In this document: one piece after another, positions 43,923-57,580 of the stretch
How the letters are laid out: each line of letters begins with the position of its first letter
How positions within the stretch are numbered: the first letter of the stretch is position 1
Assembly (NCBI RefSeq): GCF_009914755.1
Contig: NC_060933.1
Reading direction: 5' to 3' (one strand)
DNA from: the human T2T-CHM13v2.0 reference genome, Homo sapiens
Length of the DNA stretch: 64,000 nt
Made by a program: the position numbers and the translations under genes
The notes under the pieces: model-generated
What the model was told of the DNA's origin: nothing
Database searches by the model: none
What the model saw: only the letters and a program-made list of their open reading frames with translations

Positions 43923-46118
43923 AGAGAACTCACCCTCGAGATTCTATGGGACTTCTTTCCTTAGGCTACTTGGTTTGCCTAAATTAACATTTTAATTTTT
44001 TATTTAAAGCATAATAAAACTGTATACATTTTCAATTCAGAACTTAAGCTCAAACCTTAACTGTTTCTTTAAATGGCTTTTGGTCTATGAATTGCCAAAA
44101 GCACAGATATACCTCTAACAAGAAAATTGTTATTTCTTGGGGGATGGGGGAAGGTAATATATGTGTGTGTGTATATATGTGTGTATATATTATAGTGCCA
44201 CATACACATGCACATGTACACACACACGTATGTATAAAAGCTTACAATGGGAAAATGGGAGGCGGGGGGCGGGGGGGAGAGGGAGGAAAGTGAGGTGCTA
44301 TTTAATAAGAGCAGTTGCTCTAAGCACTGAACTGCCTTAAAAATAAACCAGCCACCAAGTTCATTAAAAATCAAATGCTGGACCAGGCAAAATTTTTCCT
44401 CACATTCAGAACACACCGGATTCTGATGCTAAAACAAAGACTATTGTGCAATCAGCAGAAGGCTTCAGTGATTGAGAGATTCTAGTATTCGCGAGAGCTG
44501 AAAACAGACTGGCAGGCACCCCTCACGGACACAGCATGCTATTTCATGTGTCTGCACTTTGTCTTTCCATAAAACAAATGGGACCTTAGGGCAAAAAGGT
44601 AAGGGGTACAAAATAATACATCACTCTTCACTTATCAGGAAGCATTTGACAGAAGACAGTTATGCTTCCCAATTAGTTCCTAAAAATAAACGCACAATAT
44701 TCCATCATTTTATGGATTCTGCCCTTCTTGAAAACTGTTTTAAAACGGGCTTTGACTGTTTGCTGGAAAAACTGTATGGAAACATGAGCCTGACTAGTCC
44801 CATTTAAAAAAAAAAAAAAGGTACAAAAATGTCACGCTTTAACCACTTCACTGCTGCTCCAGAGAGCCTTCTTAGTTCAATGAATTCTGACACTTCCTGC
44901 AGCAGACAGCAGGCAGCATAGACACAGTTGAATTTCTTGTTAGTGAAGAAACAGTTCAATGGAGCAGATTAGGAAATAAAACCCTGGAGGAAGAGTTTCA
45001 GTCACCCCAAATTTTTGACAGAATTTGCACATCTTTAAAGCAAGGATTAAACTCCAGGTTTTCACACACACAAAAAAAATTCAGTATAGCTTTCTTTATC
45101 AAGAGCTAAATCTGGATGATGGTATCATTTCTTGAAGCAGCAGGACTCCTAATTGCAACAAAGAACACCACTGAAATTGTTACCCAAAATATAAATATGA
45201 TTTCAGAGCTGTTGGCTAGAAGCACATTTTGTGACTATATGAAACTTACTTTCACACCTTGTATAAACATTTGCTCATTCACAGCAATTGTTACAAGTTT
45301 TAAGGAAAACCACTATTTGTCTTGGCTAAATTACAATAAATCATATCCTTCTGATTTTTGCACAGGGTGATGGCTAAAGACGTTTTCCTTCAAAACTGGC
45401 GTAAGACATGTGTAAAGCCCCATGGAATCTGGGCCCATGTGCTCAAATGAAACTAAAATACGATCTCTGATCGTGAAGAAGTCAAACACATAAGAAAATG
45501 CACAGATGATCCAAAATTCCTCTCTCAGTTTATTTTAAAATGTGGCCATTTGTGAGAACCAATCCTAACTGAGGCAAGCTGTACAGTTCTTCCTTCCTCA
45601 ACTATTCCCAGGAGAAGGGACTGCTAGTCCAAAAGAGGAGGAGGAGCAGAAAGGGCTCATATAATTTACAACAGCCTGGGCCGTTGAAGCTGGTGTGCAT
45701 CCGCAATAGCAGGAAGGCAACTTACCACGTCAACACAATTGCAGAGCAAAGCCAGGAGATGGGGCAGGAGGCTATAGTCAGCCCTGTCACCCAGTCATCA
45801 CACTGCTACCCCAAGCCAGCAAGCGGAGCTCAGGGAGAGGGGGCACACGGCGGCCAAGGAGGCAACGCACTCTCTAACAAAAACAGTCCTCCAATTTCCA
45901 ACCAGATTTGACAACTGACTCCATTTTCTTCCTACTTTATTTTGAAGTGGTAGACAGGGTAAGAAAAGGGACTCCAGTCAGGAGGAAAGCACCTAGGGAA
46001 AGGCACTTACTACCCCAGACCCTCCCCTGACGTCCAGCCCGCCATGTATATGTTTCTATCAGCAGCAGTAGCAGAAGTGGTAGATACCACTTATCATGCA
46101 CTTCCCATGTTCTTCCAC

Positions 46119-46595
46119 GTTGGTAGTCTGTTTCACTCATGGTCCCCGGTGGAACACTTCCCAGTATTTATGCCCTTGTGGAGTCTCCTCCCCTTGAGTC
46201 TGGGACAGTCTTGTGACTTGCTTTAAACAATAAAACATGGCAGAATTGACATGGTGTCAGTTCCAGGCCTAAGCCCCAAGAATGCTTGGCAGCTTTTGCT
46301 TTCGCACTCTTGGGAACCCTGAACTGCCACCTAAGAAGTCCAGCTCTTCTGCTCAAGAGATCACGTGCAGAGGCCACACGGAGAGGGAGGGGCTCTGAGG
46401 CTACAGGGAAAGAGAATCAGCTCCCAACCAACCACACAACTGAATACAACTCCCTGAATGATCACTGACAAGATCAGGAGTAGAATCACCCAGCTGGGCC
46501 AGACCAGACTACACAATCGTGAGTAAATAAAATGTTTTGTTGTAAGTAGCCAAGTTTTGTCATGGTTTGCTATGAGGCAGACGATAAATGATTCA
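46119..46595 (+). mobile_element. MLT1H-like solo LTR
   Basis: ttgtgacttgctttaaacaataaaacatggcagaa...atcgtgagtaaataaaatg...ggtttgctatgaggcagacgataa. Confidence 0.8.
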
Positions 46596-46599
46596 ACAT

Positions 46600-46750
46600 G
46601 TATGGCCTCATTTATTCTCATGACTACCCATGAAGCAGATACTGTTATCCCCATTTTACAGATGGGAAAACAGCACACAAGTAACTTGGTCCACAGCTAC
46701 TGATGGGGAGGTGGATTTGAACCCAGTCGGTGGGACACTAGAGGTGGTCC
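46600..46750 (-). mobile_element. MIR
   Basis: atccccattttacagatgggaaa...ggatttgaacccag. Confidence 0.8.
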
Positions 46751-46756
46751 TCTAAA

Positions 46757-46975
46757 TTGGGGACCAACAGACATCTTCTTGAAGGCCCAGGGAGTAAATA
46801 TTGTCAGCTTTTCTGGCTACAGGATCTGCCGCAATGCCTGACCTCTGTGCATCTCCAACTGTAGTACAAAAGCAGCCATATGTAATATGGAAATGAATGC
46901 GCATGGCTGTGCTCAATAAAACTCTGTTTACAGAAACGGGTAGTAGGCTAGTGGGCCTTGGTTTGCCAATCACTG
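46757..46975 (+). mobile_element. MER58A (hAT-Charlie)
   Basis: gtaaatattgtcagcttt...aaagcagccata...catggctgtgctcaataaaactctgtttacagaaac...gtttgccaatcactg. Confidence 0.8.
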
Positions 46976-47009
46976 CTCTAGTCAATGTTTTTCCAACTGT
47001 AATGATATT

Positions 47010-47118
47010 CACCACCTGAGGATTTTGTTAAAATGTAGATTCGCATTCAGGAGGATCTGTGACTGAGTTTCAGCAAGTTCCCAGGAGACCATGCTGCTGA
47101 TCCACAGACCACACTTTC
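47010..47118. mobile_element. MER5A fragment
   Basis: cacctgaggattttgttaaaatgtagatt...gctgctgatccacagaccacacttt. Confidence 0.7.
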
Positions 47119-48019
47119 TGACTCATGACACTCAGAAGTGCCTCATGTAATTAATGAGCACTTATTTTGTCCCAGGCATAATACTAACCACTTTCTATGC
47201 TTCCTCTCTCTTTACAATCATGTAAGTTTTATTTTTATCCCCATTTTACAGATGAGGAAAAGGATTAAAGTCACCTGGGCCAGATCTTTTCATGAAGAAA
47301 GCTACCATGGATTTTCCCTCACTGCATGGCTCCTGTTACTGGATTCAATAAAACTTACTCTTCACATTTCAAGAACACCACACTTTAGAAGGAAAATTTT
47401 AAGACATGCACAAAAAACTTTAATGATGGCTAACCTGCCAAGCAAACTTTCTCAGTGTTTTGTCATTCTGCAAACTTTCTGTCACTAAATAGGGAAGAGG
47501 GTCCTTTTATTTCAGCAGTAGCCCCTATTTCAAAGGCTCCTGTAATACTTTACAAAATTGGCTTTGACTTTGGTGAGAGACAAATGTATGGAAGCGTATT
47601 ACTATATTAAACCTAGTCTTCCCATCCAATCATTAACAATGAATATTTTTAGCATCTAAAAATGTGCATTTCAGGCAGATATGTAAATATTTAGCACTAT
47701 ACTTTTGAGACAACCTTTCATTTTCAATCATGCAGAGGTAGGTGTTTTCACTAATAGTCTAATTATATCTCATATTTTCATTCTACACAATATTTTGCTT
47801 CTATATTTGAAATAACCGAATTCATCTGTGCTAATAAATGTTCTAAATGGATATCTTAATAATTGAAATTAGCACATACTATACCCCTCAAAACAATTTA
47901 CAAAACAAGAACTATTGTTTACATTACACAACAAGGCAAAACCAGCCATGATAGTAGCTTGGCTCCAGGTCACATATCAGGTGAAATTCCTCATGCAGCT
48001 CCAACTGATCCAGCTGTAT

Positions 48020-48460
48020 TTGATCAGAGCCACTTTCTGACCTCTCGTCTCAAGAGTAAGTCCAAGCCTTGGTGTTCACGGCCTCAACTTGTCTTTACCC
48101 CCTTATGTCACTGTTCCCCATCCTCTGTGTTGCTCTGTCTGGGACACCTACCCTAGAGACCTACACAGCTAACTCCCTCCCCACATTTGCTCAGATGTCA
48201 CCATTTCAAGGCAGTTTCCCTGACCGTTCTTTTTAAAGTCGCTGCCCACCTCCCACAGGCCCAGCTCTCCTGGCTCTTCACATCCGCCCCACTTTCCCCG
48301 ATAGCACTAATCACCTCCTCACATTCTGTACATGACTTCTGATTGTTTGTCTTCCATATTCTCCACTAGAATGTAAGCACCACAAGGGCAGGAGTCTGTT
48401 CACTCAAGTGCTCAGGGCTCCTAGAACAGTGCCTGCCATTTAGCAGGCACTCAGATGACT
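48020..48460 (+). mobile_element. L2 3' fragment
   Basis: ccactagaatgtaagcaccacaagggcagg...cctagaacagtgcctgcc. Confidence 0.75.
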
Positions 48461-48469
48461 ATGAACTCA

Positions 48470-48740
48470 AGATCGACTTGTTTGCCAGGCACTGTTCTAG
48501 GCACTGGGGTTACAGCAGTCACCAGAACAAACAGGGTCCCTCCTTCACAGGGATTTGGGCCAAATAACAAAACAAAACACAACATAATACACCCATAAGA
48601 GAACAGCGGAACAGAGCGCTACAGAGATCTTAAAAAGGTGTATGATACAAAGTGACTGGGGAAGCTACTTTAGATTGGGTAGTCAGGGAAGGTCCCTCTG
48701 AGGAGGTGTCATTTCAGCTAAAAACTACAATAAGGAGAAA
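48470..48740 (-). mobile_element. L2 fragment, inverted relative to the preceding L2
   Basis: tgccaggcactgttctaggcactgggg...gtcagggaaggtccctctgaggaggtg. Confidence 0.75.
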
Positions 48741-49473
48741 GTATTTAAATCTTCCACATGCTTCTCTGATTTTCCATCTTGCTGGTCTGCTGTGAACTCC
48801 TGAGGTGAGTCACAGTCCCTGTTTCTCCTGGCGCTTCCTGACATTTATACATTTATGCTGGTATTTTGAGCCTGGGACTGACCTGTTATGGCCTCACTGT
48901 GGACTTACATTCTGTCCTTATAAAGCTTCTCTTTGCAGCCATTTATACCATATGCCTTGAGCTCAACCTTATCTAGTATTTCTATTACAAGTCCAGTTTT
49001 CTTTTAGTTAGAAATACAGGATCTGTCTTTGTCTAACAGCTGTTTTATGTTGTACATAGCAGGGTTTAATTTTGGGGACAATCTGAGTCTTTTTCCTGTA
49101 GTAGATATTTATCTCATTGGTATTTATTGATATTGCAGGTGTGTGGCCTAATTTGGTGGTCTTATGAGACTGTTTTGTTTTATCTTCTTTTATGTCTTAT
49201 TTCATGTGTCCTGCTCTGGATGCTTGCTTTGGTTCTTTGCCTTTTGCTTTGCGGACTCTAAGTCTTTACTGTTTTCTTCAAGACTCTGGCATCCCCTTTC
49301 TTTTTAGTGCTTTTTAAGAATTTTCTTTCAAATTTTACATAATACACTAAAACCTCTATTTCTTAATGTTTAGATATATCTCCTGCTCCCAAATAAGATG
49401 AGAAAATTTGTCATCCCAATCTCCTCATTCTATGTGCTTTGTGAATATTTTTGCATTCCCATGTTTTATAACA

Positions 49474-50791
49474 CAGTCAAGTGTCGCATAACAGTGTTTT
49501 GGTGAGACCGCATATATGACAGTGGTCCCATAAGATTATAATGAAGCTGGAAAATTCCTATCACATAGTAGCCATGGTAAAGTCACAGCACAACACATTA
49601 CTCATGTGTTTGTGTTTAAGCTGGTGTCAACAAACCTACTGCACTGCCTGTCACATAGAAGCACAGCCTATACAATTATGTATAGTACAGAGTGCTTGAT
49701 AATGATAATAAATGACTGTTACTGGTTTATGAATTTACTGTACTATAATTTTAATTGTTTTTTTTTTTTAGCATATACTACTTCTACTTATTAAAAACAG
49801 TTGACTGTAAAACATCCTCAGGCAGGTCCTTCAGGAGGGATCCAGAAGAAGGCATTGTTATCATAGGAGATGACAGCTCTGTGTGTTACTGCCTTTGAAG
49901 ACCTTCCACTGGGACAAAATGTGAAGGTGGAAGACTCTGATACAGATGATCCTGACCCTGTGTAGGCCTAGGCTAATGTGTGCATTTGTGTCTTTGGTTT
50001 TAGCAAAAAAGTTTAAAAAGTAAGAAAAAAATAAATAAAATAAAACAAAAATAAAAAATAGAAAAAAGCTTTACAGAATAAGAATATAAAGAAAATCCTT
50101 TTGTACAGTTGTACAATGTATTTGTTTTAAGGTAAACGTCATAACAAAAGAATCAAAAAGTTAACAAAATGTAAAAGTTTATAAAGTGAAAAAGTAAGGC
50201 TAATTTATTACGGAAGAAAAAATGTTCTTACAGATTTAGTGTAGCTTGAGTGTACAGTGTCTGTAAAGTCTACAGCAGTGTATAGTAATGCCCTACACCT
50301 TCACATTCACTCACCATGGCTCACTGACTCACCCAGAGCAACCTGTAGTCCTGCAAGCTCCATGCATGGTGAAGTTCCTGTCCGGGTGTACCATTTTTTA
50401 TCTTTCTTTTTGGTTTGTTTGTTATAGAGGCAGGGTCTTGCTATGTCGCCCAGGCTGGTTTTGAATTCCTGGCCTCAGGTAATCTTCCCACCTCAGCCTC
50501 CCAAGTACTGGGATTACAGGCATGAGCCACTGCACACAGCTCCATTTTTTTTTACCTTTTATACAGTATTTTTACTATACATTTACTATGCTTAGGTATG
50601 TTTAGATACATAAATACTTACCATTGTCTTACACTGCCTTTAGTACTCACTATGGTACCATGCTGTAGAGGTTTGTAGCCTAGGAGTAACAGGCTACACC
50701 TTATAGCCTAGGTGTGCCGTGGGTTCTACCATTTAGGTTTTTGTAAATATATGTTTGCACAATGATGGAAGAGCCTAATGATGCATGACTG
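49474..50791 (+). mobile_element. Tigger3b (MER7B), with FLAM insertion
   Basis: Ends cagtca / catgactg-TA; gaccgcatatatgacagtggtcccataagattataat; gtttgtagcctaggagtaacaggctac. Confidence 0.9.
50401..50541 (-). mobile_element. FLAM / Alu monomer
   Basis: Single monomer; TSD ccattttt. Confidence 0.85.
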
Positions 50792-51056
50792 TATTTACCT
50801 TCTGAAATATTATTCCTGACAATTACTTGGCCTTGGCTGTTTATTTAAACAGACCACTCACTTCACCATTTCTCATCAGAATGTAAGCTAATGAATCGTT
50901 ACATCCCCAGTGTCTCAAACAGGGTTTGGCACGTAACAGGCAGTCAATAAATATTTGCTGAATGAATGAACTGACTTCGTTGATCCCTTGACTCACTGCA
51001 TTTTGTCACTGAGTAGTTTTTTAAAGAAAGACTCATGGGCCTTTCCTTGAGTTCAT

Positions 51057-51096
<40 letters not shown>

Positions 51097-52404
51097 ACTA
51101 CTATCTTTCTACATAACTTGGTTCAGTATAAAATTATTGGGTCAAACTTTCCCCCAAATTTTGCACTGCTCCACTGCCTCCTGGTATTAAATGACAGCTG
51201 TGGAACTGTAATCTTCTGTGATAACTTCCCTTGCTGCACGTTCTCAAAGAGGTTAAGTCCCTTCCTGTGACTGACTAATGCTGGTGCATCTTTTACTAGT
51301 TTTAACTTCTTTTTTGTTTCTTTTACTAAGTGTATGAACAGGAAGATTTCAGAATCTGGGGTAACTCTGCCATCTAACATAAAGCCTCCAGAGTATCTGT
51401 AGATGTGGAGATGAGAAGGGTCAGAAGTCTCATGCGATGTGGTGTGTCCCTAAAGTAGCAAAGCGGAGTCATTTACTCAATGCGGGGAGGGGGAGCGGTG
51501 GGAATGTGGACAAGCAGGATCTTGAGCTCTTTCCAAAGCTGCATAAAACTGAGAGAAACTTCATTCTAAATAGAGTCTGTCTTAAAGAAATCACTACCTC
51601 CCACTAAATAATCACACCTGGCAATGCAAGAGATCAAACGGTTATTCAAATGATATTAAGTCAGTCTTTAAGGTATTTCAAAGGCATTCTTATTTTCTTG
51701 CAAATTTCCTCAATTTTCTGTCTCCTCTTGCTTTCTATTTACATTATCTTAGCTGTCAGGAGGACAATATTTTGACGCAATAACAGGCAATTAAAATGCT
51801 ATGGGCAGTCATGAAGAATTATGCGTGAAACTGGTCCTCTCCCTGCTGGAATGGGTACAAGAAAACCTCATTAATTCTACTGGGGCAGTGGGGAAAGCAG
51901 TCAAGTAGGAATCAGGACACTGGGGATGGCCCCCGGTTCCTCTCTTAGTTGGGGCGGCTGGCCCTCCCTGGGCCTCAGAGTCTCCAGTTCCACAAAGAGA
52001 GTGTGCTCCAAGGTCCAATGCAGCAAAAACTGTCTGAAAAAGCCACAGTCTGTGTCCATTAAGACAAGGACTGGTTTAGGCGATTTTTAGGTTTACAGTT
52101 TTTAAAAATGTGAGCTACAAAAATCACTTCCGTAAATACAACAGTCAATAAGTAAAATCATGGTATTAAAAACCTAAAATTGTGAGCTCTTTTGCCTTTT
52201 TCAAAATTTCCTATAGCATAGTGGCTACTCAATCTTTTTAATTTCAGAAAACAACATGATATTGAGAAATAGTTTTTGTTAGCTACTTAGCCATGCTTGT
52301 CTACAAAGGAATAGTTATTAATGTATCAGTGGTACCTATTCATTAAAGGAGCCATTTATTCTGGCTCTTGCCATTTGAAAAAATAAAAAAAAAGAAGCCA
52401 TTTA

Positions 52405-52986
52405 TAGCTGACCCTTGAACAACGAGGGTTTGAACCGCATGAGTCCACTTATACTCAGATTTTCTTCTGCCTCTGCTACCCCACAGGCAGCAAGACCAAC
52501 CCCTCCTTGCTCCTCAACATGAAGACAATGCGGATGAAGGCTTTTATGAGGATCCATTTCCACTGAATGAATAGTAGATGTATTTCCACTTCCTTATGAT
52601 TTTCTTAGTAACATTTTATTTTCTCTGGCTTACTTTATTGTAAGAACACAGTAATATAATACATATAACATACAAAATATGTGTTAATCAACTACTTTGC
52701 TTTTTTTTGCGGGGGGATTGGGGGAGAGACCAGGGTCTTCTTACATTGCCCAGGCTGGTCTCTAACTCCTGGGCTCAACCTTCCCCCTTTGGTCTCCCAA
52801 GGAACTGGGATAACAGGCATGCACCACTGTGCCCAGCTAATTGACTGTTTTTGTTATCAGAAAAGCTTCTGGTCAACAGTAGAACAGTAGACTATTAGCA
52901 GTTAAATTTGTGGGAAGTTAAAAGTTACATGTGGATTTTTGGCTGCGCGAGGGTGAACAACCCCTGCATTGTTCAAAGATCAACTG
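52405..52986 (+). mobile_element. Tigger2a (MER28), with FLAM insertion
   Basis: TIRs agctgacccttgaacaac / ttgttcaaagatcaactg-TA; matches the copy at 60717. Confidence 0.9.
52700..52837 (-). mobile_element. FLAM / Alu monomer
   Basis: Single diverged monomer. Confidence 0.8.
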
Positions 52987-53006
52987 TACTTTACAAACCT
53001 AGTTCT

Positions 53007-53107
53007 TTTTTTAATTTTACTTTAACCAAGTGCAGAACATGTAGGTTTGTTCCACAGGTACACGACTGCCATGGTGGCTTGCTGCACCTACCAACCTGTC
53101 ATCTAGG
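53007..53107 (-). mobile_element. L1PA 3' stub (~100 bp)
   Basis: gtgcagaacatgtaggtttgtt...gccatggtggcttgctgcacc...gtcatctagg; perfect 13-bp TSD caaacctagttct (52994-53006, 53108-53120). Confidence 0.85.
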
Positions 53108-53529
53108 CAAACCTAGTTCTGAAGGAGGATCTTCAGAAGTGTGGAGAGAGAAATGGTGCTAGATTTTAAAATATTCATTATCTCACTTAAACTCTGTAAC
53201 TACTATAAGGTATAAATATTATTATCCCTATTTGTAGATGAAGAAACTAAGGATTATAGCATTATATAAGTGGCTGGTGAATGCTAGAAAAGAACGCTTT
53301 TATTTATAACACTTTGAAAGGATCCCACTATTCAGGATTCCTCTTAGAAAACAAGCTAGGAAACAGGTCTGGTTCTAATATTTTGCCTAGAACTTCCCTT
53401 TCAGGACCACAGCAGGAGCCTAGGATTTCTCCTAACCTTTTATTCCATGAAAACGTGTCTTGAGAGGCTTCGGCAATAGGTTCTGTGGCTGCTGGACAGG
53501 GTCTGATTACCCCCTTTGTAGGTAAGCTA

Positions 53530-53900
53530 TGTATTTTTTAATTGTGGTAAAATATCTGTAACATAATATTTACCATCCTAACCATTTTTAAAAATTGTTT
53601 AAAAAACACATAAAACAGTTACCATCTTCACCATTTTTAAACATGCAGTTCACTGGTATTAAGTAGATTCACACTGTTGTGAAACCAGTTGTATTATTTT
53701 TAATTTAACTCTATTATGGAAATGTTCGAACATACCCAAGAGTAGAGAGAACCATACAATAAACTTTTGTGAGCCAGCTCCAGCAATTATCCATGTTGCC
53801 ATCCTGTTTCATGTATCCCTCCCCTCCACATAAACATACTTAAAAAAAAAAAAAGGAACAATGCAAATCCTGGCATCACTATCAATTCGCCTATAACCTA
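53530..53900 (-). mobile_element. Old L1M 3' end fragments, terminal ~55 bp present twice
   Basis: ttaattgtggtaaaatat...ttaccatc(c/t)t(a/c)accattttta twice; attcacactgttgtg. Confidence 0.65.
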
Positions 53901-55053
53901 CAGCTATGATATAGCTGTACTCAAACACCTGCCGTTAGGAAGCAATGTATCTACCTGGCAAGTCACTGGGCCAGCAGAGCCTTGCTCAAAATACCTTGCT
54001 ACTGACTATGTACTAGTTAAAATCTAACTTCAGCTTGCAACCAAGGCATTCCAAATTCAGCCACTACCCTCCTATACTGCAGCTTACACACCACCTGGGC
54101 TGTTCACTATGGTTCCCCCGCACACAGAACCTGCCCCACTTTAGATCCTTCCCAGACGGTGCTTCCCTGGCCCACCCCCACCACTGCTTCCCCACAGCTT
54201 CTCTGTTTGCTGAAAGTCTTTGCTTCCTTCAAAGTCCAGCTCCAGTCTTGTCTGCGAAGGGTCAGGGCCCTTAACAATGCTTTTTCTTCCCATGATTGAG
54301 CCCAAAGATACCATGTAATAAATACCTGAGGCTCATCTCCATCAATTTAGTGATGCTCCGAGGAGTCAACCCCTCTGGAACATTCCTTCATCCTCTGTTT
54401 TACCTATGAGCCTCTACCTGAATTGTCTCTCTCTGACCAACTCTGAGGTCCTTGTCCTGGGGTCCTGAAATTGCACACACTATTTACTTGTTCACAAAAA
54501 CTATCACTGCCATGAGGGCAGGGATTTGTTTTGTTGTGCAGGCCCAGATCCCTAGTGCCTGGAAGAGTACTCAGAACACTCATTCTGCAGTCATCCCAGA
54601 GTGTTTATGGAGCATCCTCAAATAAAACGTTCAGAACCACTGATCCAGTCCTTTTGGACCTGTGGGTTGCTTGCACACCCCACCTGGCCAATGATTTCAG
54701 TGTCACCCCAGGAGGATGTGGTCTCTCAGTTCACCCTTGACTCCATGCTCCACATCCTGAAAACCAGTCTTGTCCCAGGAACGTGGGTTCTGACCAGATC
54801 TAGGATTCCCATTAGTGCAGCAGCTGTGGCTGAACTGCACCTCCTGGAGGACTGCGGCTCGCAATAATCCCATGGCCCACCTCTATGCAAATCACCAGGA
54901 ACAGTATTCTCTCCTCATAGTCAAGGGCACATAACACTATGCATTAATCAGATATGCAACGGGAAATCCATAACACTTGTAGTCAATTCATTAATCAATG
55001 TAACTGGCATTACAGGGGTAGGGTACAATGAGAAATCTGCGGGGTTCTTGCTG

Positions 55054-55104
55054 AAAGACAGGACTAGCTATGCTAAAGAGTGGAGCATAGCAAGTCCTGT
55101 CTTT
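55054..55104. repeat. Near-perfect inverted repeat (21-bp arms, 9-nt loop)
   Basis: aaagacaggactagctatgct-aaagagtgg-agcatagcaagtcctgtcttt; 20/21 complementary. Confidence 0.9.
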
Positions 55105-55701
55105 TAAAACATAACTGAGAGCACTAAAACAAGAGCCTGTTTTCCCTTCCAAGACAACCTTGACGGTTTCTCATAGCTGCTACTTGTACCCAAATATCTT
55201 TGAGGCAGCCATACAAAACAACAGACACTTGCTATGTTAAAGTACAGCTGCGTTTCAAAAAATGCAAGTGCCATCAGGGACCTAAATGCACCTGTGAGAG
55301 AGAAATACTCTCAGATACAACTGCTCAGAACTTAATTTTAAAGCAGAGTTATTATTTCTATATTCTCTAACCAAGCCAGGAATTCCTTAGAAAATAGATA
55401 GGAACATTCTAATTTCATTAGTTGCTGTAGAAATTCAAAGCCTCTATTTTTCATCCCACTATTAGAAGCAAGAAAAATACCTTTAGCAATTATCCCTGCC
55501 CACACCCTACAAAGATGTGAACCAAACTCAATCACTGTAACAGGCAAATCTTTACTGAGCTCTGTAAATGATCTGTCCTCTCATAAAGCTGTGATATTTT
55601 TAATCTAATTTCCTGTTTTAAGGCACCACACTTAACATACATAAATAAACAATTTTCAAAATTAAAATACTATGAAACTCAACACAAAATATATAGCATG
55701 A

Positions 55702-56080
<379 letters not shown>

Positions 56081-56365
56081 ACATGAATTATTAATAACCA
56101 AGACATTTACCCAAAATGAACTTTGTGTAAGTTCACCTGGTGACATCTGTTAGGACATTTTATTATCCTTCATTGCCCAATTCCCATATTATTTGTTAAG
56201 AAAACAATGTCCTTCCACGTGTAAGAAATATGAGAGTGTGTGTACACAGTGGAAAATATCAATGTTGATTATAGGTGACATAATTTTATCTCAGTTTGAA
56301 CCAATGAGAAAAAAAGGAAAGGAAAGCCTTGTTATCATTTCTTTCACCATTAACAGAATCTTTGA

Positions 56366-56760
<395 letters not shown>

Positions 56761-56929
56761 CAGTACCTACTTTTAAAGAGGAATGCACATATTCATACAA
56801 AAGATAACTCTTCAGAGCCCATCTGCCCCATAAGCCTTCCTCCTTGCCCCTTGCTGGAATCCCTGAGAAACTCACCACCCACAATATTCAGCTGGGACAT
56901 ACTACTGCCACTCTAAACAACAATAATTA

Positions 56930-57130
56930 TAATACACAAGCAGCTAGCACTTACTGAGTGATCGCTGTATCACAAACACGGTACTCTCATTCCATTATTA
57001 TCCCCATTTGACAAATGAGAAGACTAATGGTGAGAGGGGTTGAATAAGATGCCCAAAGGCACACATATGGGGCATGGGTGACCCGGGGTTCAAGCCCAAG
57101 AAATCTCACTCCAGAACCTGTTTGTTTAGC
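56930..57130 (-). mobile_element. MIR
   Basis: attattatccccatttgacaaatgagaagact...gcccaaaggcacaca...gggttcaagccca. Confidence 0.75.
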
Positions 57131-57451
57131 CTATGCATCTTTATTTTCATATGCAGGATGTTCCAAATCCCCAGCTTGACTGTAAATTCCTGAGAACAAG
57201 GGCTCTCTGTATTTCTAGAGTCTACCACCGTGCCTTACCTAAATCTGCTGGATAAATAACACCATAGTTTAACATCAGTTGTTATTCATGTTTTTTTTTT
57301 TAAAAAAATTCAAGTTTTTCCTTACAGACCCTTATTTACCATGTTGAAAGGCTGTACCAAAAAGAATACTAGGGGAAGGGGGAGAAATGAATACAGGTAT
57401 TCTTGATCTTAGCCATACAGCAACAGTATCACAGCTGAGGACGAAAGAGGG

Positions 57452-57580
57452 TGGGAGACACAGAGACGCCTGCTCAGCTCCCCCTCAGGAATGCTACCCA
57501 GCTGTGGGAGGACAGTCAACACGTGGGCTCCAGCTGTCAGCTCACGCAGAGTCAGCGTCAGCTGCAGAGAGCCACTTCTT
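57452..57580 (+). mobile_element. LTR16-family 5' LTR, truncated
   Basis: gctcagctccccctcaggaatg...ctccagctgtcagc...cagctgcagagagccac; homologous to 61316-61450. Confidence 0.7.

Larger units (their letters stand above)
48850..51210 (-). mobile_element. HAL1-like remnant interrupted by Tigger3b and an L2-like piece
   Basis: aacttggttcagtataaaattattgggtcaaacttt...gctccactgcctcctggtattaaatg resembles antisense HAL1/L1 ORF1. Confidence 0.5.

Noticed and set aside
53899-53919. Small palindrome tacagctat-gat-atagctgta (similar one at 25970-26003)
   Set aside because: Arms of 9-13 bp are within chance expectation and too short for a pre-miRNA
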